Source: an uncultured Bacilli bacterium
GTDB lineage: Bacteria > Bacillota_I > Bacilli_A > RF39 > UBA660
Reading direction: 5' to 3'
Assembly (NCBI GenBank): GCA_934120635.1
Contig: CAKOUR010000008.1
Span: 2,042-66,041, forward strand
Length of the DNA stretch: 64,000 nt
Within the stretch, counting starts at the first letter, position 1. Each line of letters opens with the position of its first letter. Shown piece after piece: positions 48,465 to 58,305 of this stretch. The notes under the pieces are model-generated. The model was not told the origin of the DNA and made no database searches. It saw nothing but the letters and a program-made list of their open reading frames with translations. A program made the translations under genes and the position numbers.

Positions 48465-50642
48465 CTAATTTTGAGGTTTTAGTACTTTTCTTAGTTCTTT
48501 ATTATTTTCATTTCTTACTTGATAAGGAGTATAGTTTGTTTTATTTAATTTTTCTAATAAATAAGATATTGTTTTAATTGCTTCTTCTTGAGAGTATGTT
48601 CCTTCTTTAATTTTATGAATTGTACTTAATAGATAAATTCCTAGTGAAGTATCTGGATTTAATTCTATTGTACTTGTAGTATTGTTTTTCATTGTATAAT
48701 ATTTATCTTTATTTTCATCAATAATATTAAATATAGTATGAGCTTCTTCTTTATCTATTTCAGATAATACTTGACATATTTGATTATGATTTCTATGTGT
48801 TAAACTTTTGTCAGTTATTTCTTCTTGATAAATAAAAGGAATATTATTTTTTTGAAATATTTCTTTGATATTAGAGCAAAGAACATAGTCTACTAATTGG
48901 AAGAAACTTGATACTGTGGTAATTTCTTCAGAAGTATTATTCAACTTCTGTAATATAGATATACTATCTTTTAAAATTGGATTTTGGGGATTAGTTTGAA
49001 TGTCTTTTTCAGAAAACACTTCATTGATATTGACTAAAGATGATGTAATTTTTAATGGAAGAAGAACGTTATCTTTGGTTAAGGAATAGGAGAAAGATAA
49101 GACCGGATAAGTTGTTTCTTTTTCTAATTTAATTAGTCTTTCTTGATGAGATAATAATTCACTTTCAAATGATAGAAGTTTGCTGTTATCTAAGAGATGG
49201 GTAGTAAAGGTGATTGTTCCATTTTCATCACAAGAAATAGAAAAGGCTGTATTTTTTCTTTTATTAAACATGAATGTATTTTCTTTTACTAATTCTTTAG
49301 ATATTCTTTGATAATAATTAACTAAGTTAGGGAAAGCAACATTTTTTAAAATGTTTTCTTGTTCTAAAATATTGTATTCTTCTTTTTCTGCTTTTTCTTG
49401 ATGAAGGGATGAAATAATTTCTGATATATCTTCATTTACTTCTGATAAAGATATATATTTTCTTTTCTTACAATAATTGATAAAATCAGATATTTTATCT
49501 AAGAATTGCTCTATTTCTATCTCTGATAATGGGTTTGTTTGATTGAATATTAATTTTATTATTTCTTTATAAAAACTTGGATCTGTGTATTGAATTCCTT
49601 GATTGACTAACTTTACTTTGTAGTTTTGAATAAATTTATCTAAAAGATAGAATAATATATGATTATCTTGTCTTGCATATTTAAAGTTATCTATTTGTAA
49701 GACTAATTTTTCTATTATAGAATAATTTTTATCATCTTCTGATAAGCAAGATAAGATATTGTAATAAGATGATGTATCTAATGTATTATTTTTTACTTCT
49801 AATGGTAGATTTTCTTCAAATAAATGAATAATTTTTTTGATAAAGTTTTTTTCTGTAGTGTTTTCTTTTGGTAGAGTACGAAGATAGTTTTTTAAAACAT
49901 CTTTTCCAAGTAAACATACTTCTTCTTTTGCAAATTCTGGTAATTTATTTATTTCTTTAAATATTTTAGTAATATCTTCTGGTATAAAATGATTTAATCC
50001 TTCACCATACTTTTTTAAATAAATTCCATGACATAATTCATTTAATAAATCAGATAATTTTTGATTTAAGTTTGTTTGGTAAGTAAAATAGTCAGTAAAG
50101 TCTTTTAATTGTTTTATATTTTCTTGTTCTTTAGATTGTTTATTCATTTCTTCTTGTTTTTTCTCTATTTTGATTAACTTATTGATGTATTTTAAGATTA
50201 ACTTACTTTTTTTGTATTCTAGATTTGCGATGGATACTTTTTCTTTTAATTGTTGATATTTTTCTAGTTCTAGATGTTGTCGTAATACTTTTTTGTTTTT
50301 TCGTAAATCTAATGAAATATTATTTTCTTTAGCAATTTTTTGAACTACTTCATTGATTATTTCTTTTTTCTTTTGATAGTTTTTTATATTATTTAGTAGA
50401 TAAATATCTTTTAATTTATATAAACTAGATAGTCTTTTTGATATTTTTTCTTCATTTAAGTAATTAATAAATAAAGTTAATTCTTCTTTTGATAAAAAAT
50501 AATTTATCATTATGATATTTAATAAATATTTTCTTTTTATTGTTTCTTTTTTCCCGTTTTGATCTTTATTTTCCTGTTCTAATTCGCTTATTTTTTTTAA
50601 TAGTTCTTGTACTTTTGTTACATCTACATCTTTAGACATCAT
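48465..50642 (-). CDS. Hypothetical large helical protein (725 aa)
   Basis: Uninterrupted ORF, Lys/Glu/Asn-rich. No recognisable catalytic motif. Confidence 0.6.
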   Translation of the reverse strand: MMSKDVDVTKVQELLKKISELEQENKDQNGKKETIKRKYLLNIIMINYFLSKEELTLFINYLNEEKISKRLSSLYKLKDIYLLNNIKNYQKKKEIINEVVQKIAKENNISLDLRKNKKVLRQHLELEKYQQLKEKVSIANLEYKKSKLILKYINKLIKIEKKQEEMNKQSKEQENIKQLKDFTDYFTYQTNLNQKLSDLLNELCHGIYLKKYGEGLNHFIPEDITKIFKEINKLPEFAKEEVCLLGKDVLKNYLRTLPKENTTEKNFIKKIIHLFEENLPLEVKNNTLDTSSYYNILSCLSEDDKNYSIIEKLVLQIDNFKYARQDNHILFYLLDKFIQNYKVKLVNQGIQYTDPSFYKEIIKLIFNQTNPLSEIEIEQFLDKISDFINYCKKRKYISLSEVNEDISEIISSLHQEKAEKEEYNILEQENILKNVAFPNLVNYYQRISKELVKENTFMFNKRKNTAFSISCDENGTITFTTHLLDNSKLLSFESELLSHQERLIKLEKETTYPVLSFSYSLTKDNVLLPLKITSSLVNINEVFSEKDIQTNPQNPILKDSISILQKLNNTSEEITTVSSFFQLVDYVLCSNIKEIFQKNNIPFIYQEEITDKSLTHRNHNQICQVLSEIDKEEAHTIFNIIDENKDKYYTMKNNTTSTIELNPDTSLGIYLLSTIHKIKEGTYSQEEAIKTISYLLEKLNKTNYTPYQVRNENNKELRKVLKPQN

Positions 50643-50777
50643 TCATTCTCCTTTTTTCAATTTTACTATAGCACAAAACATTTGTATTAGGAATAATATT
50701 TACTAGGAAGTAAAAAGAGTTTTAAGTATTATTTAAATAAAATACTTATCTTTATTTTATCTTTTTAATGAAGTATA

Positions 50778-50811
50778 TAAAAAATAAGATAACTTGGGAT
50801 ATTATCTTATT
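50778..50811 (-). terminator. Terminator of the gatCAB-aspS operon
   Basis: 9-bp stem AATAAGATA / TATCTTATT overlapping the last aspS codons, followed on the minus strand by T6. Confidence 0.6.
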
Positions 50812-52556
50812 TTAATGTGTAATTCTCTTAATTGGGCTTCTGTTAATTCAGAAGGTGAACCCATTAGGTTATCAATGCCGCTGGCACTTGTTGGGAAAGC
50901 TTGTACTTCTCTTAGATTGTCTACATCATTTAAAAGCATAATCATTCTGTCAATTCCAGGAGCCATTCCTCCATGAGGGGGAGCACCATATTTGAAGGCA
51001 TTGTATAAAGAAGAAAATCTTTCTTTAACAATATCTTTAGAGTATCCTACTTTTTCAAAGGCTAATTCTAAGCAGTCTAAGTCGTGATTTCTTAAAGCCC
51101 CACTAGACATTTCGTAGCCATTGCAAACAAAATCGTATTGGTACGCTACGACATCATCTAAATTGTCGGTTTTTAAGGCTTCTATTCCTCCTTTAGGCAT
51201 ACTAAATGGGTTATGACAGAAATCATATTTCTTTTCTTCATCATTATATTCAAACATTGGAAAATCATTAATGATACAAAATTCATAAGTATTTTCATCG
51301 ATTAAATTACATTTATTTCCAAGGTAAGTTCTGATTAAACCTGCATATTTGGCAGCATTTTTTTCTTTTTTATTGGCAATAAAGAAAAGGACGCTGTTGA
51401 TTTGAAGATTTGTTTTTTCAATTAGATTTTTTCTTTCTTCATCCGTTAAGAATTTGTCGATTGGTCCTTTTAGGGAACCATCTTCTGTTAAAGTTACATA
51501 GCCAATTCCTGGCATACCGATTGATGAGGCATAATCGACGATTTCATTAAACCAACTATTGGAGTTTGTTCCTATTTCATCTACTTTAATTGCTCTGATT
51601 GTTGATTTTTGGAATGGTTTAAAAGTAGTATCTTTTAAATATTCTGTAATATCAATAATCTCTAAGGGATTTCTTAAGTCTGGTTTATCTGTTCCATACT
51701 TTAACATGGATTCTTTATAAGGAATTCTTTTGAAGGGTAGGGGAGATACTTTTTTATTAGAAAAGTGGGTAAAGATATCATAGAATATTTTTTCTCCTAC
51801 TTTGTAAATATCTTCTTCTTCAACGAAAGACATTTCAAAATCTAATTGATAGAATTCTAGGGTTCTATCTGCTCTTGAATCTTCATCACGGAAACATGGG
51901 GCAATTTGATAATATTTATCTATGCCTCCTACCATTAATAGTTCTTTATAAATTTGTGGAGCTTGAGGTAGAGCATAAAATTTTCCTGGATATTTCCTTG
52001 ATGGAATTACAAAGTCTCTAGCACCTTCTGGAGAAGAGGCTGTAATAATTGGAGTTTGTACTTCTAGGAATCCTAAGTCATCCATTTCATGACGAATGAA
52101 TTTTAATAGTTCTGCTCTTCTTTGAATATTTTTTCTGACCTTTTTATTTCTTAAATCTAAATAACGATATTTAAGTCGTAATTCTTCACTGACTTCATGA
52201 GAAGTTTTTACTTCAAAAGGAAGTACATTTAACGATTTTCCTAAAAGAGTAATTTTGGTTACTAATAATTCGATAGTTCCAGTTTCTAGGTTAGGGTTGT
52301 AATCTTCTTCAGCTCTTTTTCTTAATTTTCCTTCTACTGTTACAGTTGATTCTTTGGTATAGCCATTAAACATTTTATCGTCATTGCTAACTAATTGGAT
52401 GGTTCCTGTTTCATCTCTTAAATCTAAGAAGATGATTCCTCCATGGTCTCTAATATTTTCAATCCATCCTGATAGGGTAAATGTTTTATCAATGTCCGAT
52501 TCCGTTAGCGTTCCACAGTAAGAAGTTCTATACTTATTTTTAATCATGGTTTTCAC
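50802..52556 (-). CDS. aspS: Aspartyl-tRNA synthetase (bacterial type with GAD insertion)
   Basis: Class II motifs FRDEDSRADR and GGMAPGIDRMIMLL, plus an N-terminal OB fold. 584 aa. Confidence 0.95.
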   Translation of the reverse strand: MKTMIKNKYRTSYCGTLTESDIDKTFTLSGWIENIRDHGGIIFLDLRDETGTIQLVSNDDKMFNGYTKESTVTVEGKLRKRAEEDYNPNLETGTIELLVTKITLLGKSLNVLPFEVKTSHEVSEELRLKYRYLDLRNKKVRKNIQRRAELLKFIRHEMDDLGFLEVQTPIITASSPEGARDFVIPSRKYPGKFYALPQAPQIYKELLMVGGIDKYYQIAPCFRDEDSRADRTLEFYQLDFEMSFVEEEDIYKVGEKIFYDIFTHFSNKKVSPLPFKRIPYKESMLKYGTDKPDLRNPLEIIDITEYLKDTTFKPFQKSTIRAIKVDEIGTNSNSWFNEIVDYASSIGMPGIGYVTLTEDGSLKGPIDKFLTDEERKNLIEKTNLQINSVLFFIANKKEKNAAKYAGLIRTYLGNKCNLIDENTYEFCIINDFPMFEYNDEEKKYDFCHNPFSMPKGGIEALKTDNLDDVVAYQYDFVCNGYEMSSGALRNHDLDCLELAFEKVGYSKDIVKERFSSLYNAFKYGAPPHGGMAPGIDRMIMLLNDVDNLREVQAFPTSASGIDNLMGSPSELTEAQLRELHIKIR

Positions 52557-52622
52557 CTCTTTCTTAGTTTCTTCTTTTATTAAAGATAAGTTATTTTGAA
52601 GTATTTTTTGAATATAAAATAC

Positions 52623-54077
52623 TTATTTATCTAATTCTTGTTTTAATATTTTGGCACTTAAGGCTGGGTTCGCTTTACCACGTGTTTTTTTCATGACTTG
52701 ACCGACGAAGTAATCAAATAGTTTAGGATTTTTCTTGTAAGATTCTAATTGAGTAGGGTTTTCTTCGATGACTTCTTTTATAATTTTAGTTAACTCTCCT
52801 TCATCTGTTATTTGGCTCATTCCTAGTTCAGATACTAGTTTAACAGGATCTTTTTCTTCTTCTAATGATTTGGTTAATACTTCTTTGGCTTGTTTACCTG
52901 AAATTTTAGAACTTTCTACTAAATCGATTAAGCCTTTTAACATTTTTGGAGTTAAGAATAATTCTTCGATTGTTTTTTCCATTTTATTTAAGTGGCCTAA
53001 GATAATACTATTTATCCAGTTAGCGGCACTTTGTGGATTAGCACCTAGAGATACGGTTTCTTCAAAATAGTCGGCTAATGGTTTTTCTTTGACAATGATT
53101 TTTGCATCTCTTGGGGAAACACCTAATTCATTAATATATTTATCTCTTCTTTCCGTTGCTAAAGGTGGGATTGTGGCTTTAATTTCTTCTAACCATTTTT
53201 TATCTAATTTAAATTTTGGAATATTTGGTTCAACAAAATATTTATAATCAATGGCATCTACTTTGCTACGCATATAGATTGTTGTTCCAGACTCTTCATC
53301 AAAGCGTCTAGTTTGTTGTTCCATTTCATCATATTTTCCATCTTCTTTTAATTCAATTTGACGTTTAATTTCATAGTTGATTGCATCTCTTACGCCACCA
53401 AAAGAGTTAACATTTTTAATTTCTATTTTCGTTCCCCAGTTCTTTGGATCTTTTTCATCTAAAGATGCATCCATAATAGAAACATTAACATCACATCTGA
53501 TTTGTCCTTTTTTAGAGTCTGCTTCTGAAATATTTGCATATTGATAAATGGAACGCATTGTTTCTAGGAAAGATACTGCTTCTTCTGCAGAATGAAAGTC
53601 TGGTTCTGTTACTAGTTCTAGTAGAGGAACACCTGCTCTATTATAGTTAATTGTAGTGGTATCTTCATGGTGTGTTGAAGAGGCAGCATCTTCTTCTAAG
53701 TGAATATTATTTACTCGAATGGTTTTTGTTTCTTCTCCAACTTCATAAGTTAGTTCTCCATAGATTCCTACAGGTGCTGGTTTAGTTTCTTGTGTAATTT
53801 GAAATCCTTTGGGTAAATCTGGATAGTAATAATTTTTTCTTTCAAAATAAATATATTCTGGTTGTTTACAGTTTAAAATGATACTAGCCATTAGGGCTTT
53901 TCGAACAGCTTCTTTATTGACTACTGGTAAAGTTCCTGGGAAAGCCATATCAACAGGACGAATATTTGTATTAGGTGTATCATCGTATGAATTTTTTGCT
54001 GAAGAAAATACTTTAGTATTAGTTTTACTGATTTCACAGTGCATTTCTAAACCAATTAATACTTTATATTTATCCAT
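52623..54077 (-). CDS. gatB: Asp/Glu-tRNA amidotransferase subunit B
   Basis: IGLEMHCE, RCDVNVS, and a C-terminal YqeY-like tail (FVGQVMKKTRGKANP). Confidence 0.95.
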   Translation of the reverse strand: MDKYKVLIGLEMHCEISKTNTKVFSSAKNSYDDTPNTNIRPVDMAFPGTLPVVNKEAVRKALMASIILNCKQPEYIYFERKNYYYPDLPKGFQITQETKPAPVGIYGELTYEVGEETKTIRVNNIHLEEDAASSTHHEDTTTINYNRAGVPLLELVTEPDFHSAEEAVSFLETMRSIYQYANISEADSKKGQIRCDVNVSIMDASLDEKDPKNWGTKIEIKNVNSFGGVRDAINYEIKRQIELKEDGKYDEMEQQTRRFDEESGTTIYMRSKVDAIDYKYFVEPNIPKFKLDKKWLEEIKATIPPLATERRDKYINELGVSPRDAKIIVKEKPLADYFEETVSLGANPQSAANWINSIILGHLNKMEKTIEELFLTPKMLKGLIDLVESSKISGKQAKEVLTKSLEEEKDPVKLVSELGMSQITDEGELTKIIKEVIEENPTQLESYKKNPKLFDYFVGQVMKKTRGKANPALSAKILKQELDK

Positions 54078-55534
54078 TATTCTCCTCCTTTACTTGTTTG
54101 ATTTTTATAGCCTAAGATATTTTCAATGGCATAGGCGATATTTAAAACATTTGCATCATCATAGCAAGCACCAGTTAAGTTTAAAGCTACTGGTAGGCCA
54201 TCAATAAAGCCATCTGGTATGGTAATCGATGGAAATCCTCCAAAGTTACCAACTTGTAGGTGTTCTTCTAATGGAGCAGTATCTTTATCTAAGATATCTA
54301 TTGAACCATCTAAGTGTTTCGCTGGTCCACTTCCTACTGGTAAGATAACAGCATCATATTTTTCAAATAAATGTTTCCAAGTATCTACTAGTAGTCTTCT
54401 TACTCTTTGGGCATTATGGAAATAACGATCTTTATTTTCTTTTTGTAGAACATAAGAACCTATTACAAATCTTCTTTTAATTAATGGCGAAAAGTTTTTA
54501 GTACGATAATCTTTCATCATATCGATGTAATTTTCTCCTTCTCCTCTAGGACCAAAGATAAATCCAGTTAAGTTTGACATATTAGAAGTGGCTTCAGCAC
54601 ATGAAATAACGACGTATACAGAGGCTAGTGCATTTAATAGTGTTTTATCTACCGATACTTCTTCTACTTCAATGCCTAATGATTTTACTTTTTCTAGTGT
54701 GTTAGCAAAATTTTCTAGATGTTCTTTTAAAGTAGCAGAAGCATTAGGATAAGAAGAAATATCACATAATTCTTTGATGTAACATAATTTTTTACCTTTA
54801 ACTTCACCTGTTAGAGAACTTGCTAAATTGATATTAGAAGAATTCCAAGAAGTCATGTCGTATTTGTCTTTTCCTTTCATAGCATCTACTACAATGGCAG
54901 CGTCTTTTACATTTCTAGTTAAGGCTCCACAATGATCTAGAGAACTTGCAAATGGGAAAAGTCCATAACGAGAAATCATTCCGTAAGTTGGTTTATAGCC
55001 AACAATTCCACAGTAAGCGGCAGGTTTTCTGATAGAGTCACCTGTATCAGATCCAGTAGCGTAAGGAAATACTCCGGCAGCAACGGCAGCAGCAGATCCA
55101 GCAGAAGATCCTGCACACATTCTTGTTGTATCCCAAGGATTTTTAACAATTCCTGTATGTCCTGTTGTTCCGGTTCCACCCATTCCAAATTCATCCATTA
55201 CGGTTTTTCCAACAGCAACTGCTCCATGACGTTCTAGATTTTCAATAGCGGTTGCCGTAAAGAAAGGAATGTAATCTTTTAAGGTATTAGAAGAACCTGT
55301 ACTTAGTATTCCTTTGGTACTGTAATTATCTTTTATTCCGTAAGGAATACCTGATAAGACGTCTTCCGTTACTTTTTGTTCTTTTGCATCATCTAGAATG
55401 GTAACAAAAGCATTGCATTTTTCTTGTAATTCGTGTGATTTTTTTAATGATTCTTGAATTAATTCTTTACTAGTTACTTCATCTTTTTTTAAGGCTTCAT
55501 GTATTTCTTCAATTGATTTATTCATATATTCCAT
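54077..55534 (-). CDS. gatA: Asp/Glu-tRNA amidotransferase subunit A
   Basis: Amidase signature GGTGTTGHTG...AGSSAGSAAAVAAG and GSDTGDSIRKPA. The start is taken at ATG 55534, just after the gatC stop. Confidence 0.93.
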   Translation of the reverse strand: MEYMNKSIEEIHEALKKDEVTSKELIQESLKKSHELQEKCNAFVTILDDAKEQKVTEDVLSGIPYGIKDNYSTKGILSTGSSNTLKDYIPFFTATAIENLERHGAVAVGKTVMDEFGMGGTGTTGHTGIVKNPWDTTRMCAGSSAGSAAAVAAGVFPYATGSDTGDSIRKPAAYCGIVGYKPTYGMISRYGLFPFASSLDHCGALTRNVKDAAIVVDAMKGKDKYDMTSWNSSNINLASSLTGEVKGKKLCYIKELCDISSYPNASATLKEHLENFANTLEKVKSLGIEVEEVSVDKTLLNALASVYVVISCAEATSNMSNLTGFIFGPRGEGENYIDMMKDYRTKNFSPLIKRRFVIGSYVLQKENKDRYFHNAQRVRRLLVDTWKHLFEKYDAVILPVGSGPAKHLDGSIDILDKDTAPLEEHLQVGNFGGFPSITIPDGFIDGLPVALNLTGACYDDANVLNIAYAIENILGYKNQTSKGGE

Positions 55535-55535
55535 A

Positions 55536-55832
55536 TTATCCCACCACCTTTGGTACTTGTACTTCTCTTTCGGTTCTGTCGTCACAGTTTTGTAATAACT
55601 CTTCAATTGGGATAGATTCTTCTACTTCATCTTCCCTTAATTCATAAATAAAATTATCTAGACAATGTGTCATTGGTTCTACTTGTTCAATATCTTTGAT
55701 GTCATTAATTTTGTTAATATTTTCATCGATAATGGCAAATTCATCTAAAACCATCTTTGTTTCTTCCTCGGTTAAGCCAATTAAAAGTTTTTCGGCATAA
55801 TCATTTACCATTTCTTTTGTAAATTTACTCAT
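55536..55832 (-). CDS. gatC: Asp/Glu-tRNA amidotransferase subunit C
   Basis: 98 aa immediately upstream of gatA, with the typical ...LREDEV... C-terminal segment. Confidence 0.85.
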   Translation of the reverse strand: MSKFTKEMVNDYAEKLLIGLTEEETKMVLDEFAIIDENINKINDIKDIEQVEPMTHCLDNFIYELREDEVEESIPIEELLQNCDDRTEREVQVPKVVG

Positions 55833-55879
55833 CTTTCTCTTCCTTTCTTAAAATACTTATATTTTTTTTGCATGAATAT

Positions 55880-56152
55880 AAAAATAAAACAGTAATTCAT
55901 CTCCTTAACTTTTATAAGTTAAAGGGACGAACTACTGTTTAGTCCGCGGTACCACCCTTATTATCATGGCCGATCGCTTTATCTGAAAAATTCAGAAAGA
56001 GGATAACGGGTAATTCCCGGCTTAAATTACTTACATATTCACCTAAGCACTCCAAAGTGTTATTCATAGTATATTTTATGTTAGTTCTCACCTTATCTAA
56101 CTCTCTTCTAATAAAAGGGATACTACTACTTCTCTTCTTCATTGCGTTAACG
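55880..56152 (-). ncRNA. T-box riboswitch leader; specifier AAC (Asn) inferred
   Basis: On the minus strand: Stem I with AGAGA and GGUGAGA elements, and the conserved T-box AAGGGUGGUACCGCGG (55943-55959). A terminator stem AAACAGUAGUUC / GAAUUACUGUUU (55886-55940) is followed by a U-run. The specifier-loop context GAAU-AAC-A sits next to the lower helix (codon at 56059-56061). Confidence 0.85.
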
Positions 56153-56158
56153 ATAAAA

Positions 56159-56187
56159 ATTATATTATAGATTAATTTGAATGTCAA
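56159..56187 (-). promoter_or_regulatory. Consensus SigA promoter driving the T-box/gatCAB-aspS operon
   Basis: On the minus strand: TTGACA (56187-56182), 17 nt spacer, TATAAT (56164-56159). Confidence 0.7.
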
Positions 56188-56206
56188 TTCTTTTAAAAAA
56201 TATTTA

Positions 56207-57484
56207 TTATTTTTTGCTTAATACTTCATAATTTTTTAAGCATTGTTTGCTTAATACATATTTCTTTAATTTATCTTTACTAGTCCAACCTGTATTAATT
56301 CCTGTTGGGTTATATACATAAAATGATTTTTCTTTTGTTGGATCATAATCTGCTATTACAATAAAATGTTGCCCTGTTGTACTATTAAATCCTCCTATTT
56401 GAGATGTTGCTGTTACATATCCACATCCAATCATTGGAACTACTACATTTCCTTTATTTAATTCTTCTATAGTCCTTTTATATAGATTACTTGTTGATCG
56501 TTTAATGCTAACATTTTTGCTTACTATTCCATATTTTTTAGGGTAAATACTTCCTGATTTTCTTGTGTATTCCCAACTAGTTCCTAATCCATTGTAGAGT
56601 CCAGTATTACATGCTTCATGACTGAAAGCTAGAAAATCTGTATCTTTGCCTGTTAAAATATATCGAGTAGCCATATAACTAGAAAGCCCACAAGCTGTTC
56701 CCCCAATTGTATTTCCACCATTTGCACATACTGAATAATTTCTATATTTTCCTGATTGATTATACCTATTTAAGTGGGAAAAGTTCTTTTTTTTCATCGA
56801 TGATGAAGTAGTCGAAGTTGCAGTACTATTATTTTTGTTAGAGTTATTATCTATTGTAGTAGTTTTGTTATCTGATGAATTATTATTCGAGGAAGATTGT
56901 GTATTTTTACTAGATGTTTCTGTTTCTTGATTAGAAGTGTTTGATTCTTGGAAATTATCTTCTATTTCTAATATTTCTACTTCTTGTTCTGAAGAGTTTT
57001 CATCATTTTGGTTGATTTCTTTTGGTGTAAGAGTTTTTTGATAAGTTTCTATTTCTTGACTTTGACTACTTAGAGAATAATCATCAACATCTAGTATGTT
57101 ATAATTGGACTCCTCTGCTGGTGTACTATTGCTTTCATTTGTTGAAGGAGTACTAGAAGAATCCGTTTCTTGATTATTGCTAGAAGTACTAGAAACTTGT
57201 GTAGAGTTGTTTTCTTCTGTTTTTTTATTTTCTGTTGTTTCTTGATTTTGACTATTAGATTGTTTATTTTCTACTGTTTCTTGGTTCTTAGTATCAGAAG
57301 ATTTATTTTCTTCTTCTTTGTTTATCTCTTCTTTATTTTTAGTTGAGTTTTCTTTTGAAATTTTTGTATTGATTTGTGTTTTTTTAGATGATTGAAATGT
57401 TTTATTACTATAAATGTTAATTCCTATTATACCAACTGTTATTAAAATAATAAATAATACAATATATTTAAAATAATTTTTCAT
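56207..57484 (-). CDS. Membrane-anchored protein with a low-complexity linker and a C39-like papain-fold cysteine peptidase domain
   Basis: N-terminal TM helix, then a long Ser/Thr/Asn/Glu-rich region. The C-terminus has IGGTACGLSSYMATRYILTG (Cys) and TGQHFIVIADYDP...VYNPTG (His). Start taken at ATG 57484 after GGGGGA. Confidence 0.55.
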   Translation of the reverse strand: MKNYFKYIVLFIILITVGIIGINIYSNKTFQSSKKTQINTKISKENSTKNKEEINKEEENKSSDTKNQETVENKQSNSQNQETTENKKTEENNSTQVSSTSSNNQETDSSSTPSTNESNSTPAEESNYNILDVDDYSLSSQSQEIETYQKTLTPKEINQNDENSSEQEVEILEIEDNFQESNTSNQETETSSKNTQSSSNNNSSDNKTTTIDNNSNKNNSTATSTTSSSMKKKNFSHLNRYNQSGKYRNYSVCANGGNTIGGTACGLSSYMATRYILTGKDTDFLAFSHEACNTGLYNGLGTSWEYTRKSGSIYPKKYGIVSKNVSIKRSTSNLYKRTIEELNKGNVVVPMIGCGYVTATSQIGGFNSTTGQHFIVIADYDPTKEKSFYVYNPTGINTGWTSKDKLKKYVLSKQCLKNYEVLSKK

Positions 57485-57551
57485 AATATCCCCCATTTCT
57501 TGGGTTTTTATTATACATATTTTTTAGAGAATTGCAATAATTATCTAGAAA

Positions 57552-58244
57552 TTAATTTAGTTTTCTTATTATATAAATGCATAATAAACAGTTTATTAAA
57601 GAGAAAAGTAAAAGATAAGTATTATACTCAAATAAGAAGATTGATGTAATGTTAGCTGAGATATGAATAATTATAGGTGATATAATGCTATTATCTTTTT
57701 GATAAATCTTAATAAAAATATATCCTAATACTAAGGCATAAAGCATTTTAATAAAAGAAAAATGGATTAATGAAAAGCAAATAGTAGTGATTACTAATGA
57801 TTTTTTAGGAGAATTAAATTTTAATAATTTATTATAGAAAATCTCTCGAAATAGTATTTCTTCATATATTGGTCCAATTATTCCAGAAGATATTATGTTG
57901 ATTATTAAATTTAGGGAAAATTTTGTTTGAGAAATTGAAAAATATTTAAAGATTAACATATTTAAGAATATAGAAAAAGAGATTCCTAAAGAAGTATAGA
58001 AAAAATATTTTGCTTTTGAGATGTTAGTAAACCTTATTTTAATAGAATATTTTTTTATAAGAATAATGATAGTAATAATATATGAAGGAATTAAAATGTA
58101 TGGTGATATTGATAAAAAGTGATTAATGTCATTATATCCTAATAAATTATAAATACCTGCAAATAAAATAAGATTTAAAATTATAATTATATAAGTGATT
58201 AGGATAGGGAGAGTCGTTAATAATAATTTTTTTAAATAATTCAT
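57552..58244 (-). CDS. CPBP-family intramembrane glutamic endopeptidase (CAAX/Abi-like)
   Basis: GPIYEEILFREIF (EExxxR), FSLIH, HISANI. Polytopic. Confidence 0.8.
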   Translation of the reverse strand: MNYLKKLLLTTLPILITYIIIILNLILFAGIYNLLGYNDINHFLSISPYILIPSYIITIIILIKKYSIKIRFTNISKAKYFFYTSLGISFSIFLNMLIFKYFSISQTKFSLNLIINIISSGIIGPIYEEILFREIFYNKLLKFNSPKKSLVITTICFSLIHFSFIKMLYALVLGYIFIKIYQKDNSIISPIIIHISANITSIFLFEYNTYLLLFSLINCLLCIYIIRKLN

Positions 58245-58305
58245 ATGATATTCCTCTTTTTTTATCAGTATATCATTATTTTTAGATAAATTTGTGTAAA
58301 AAAAA

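Noticed and set aside
55939-56187. 82-aa minus-strand ORF in the track upstream of gatC
   Set aside because: It lies entirely within the T-box leader, covering the promoter, Stem I and the T-box sequence. It has no RBS, and its G+C-rich part is the conserved RNA motif.
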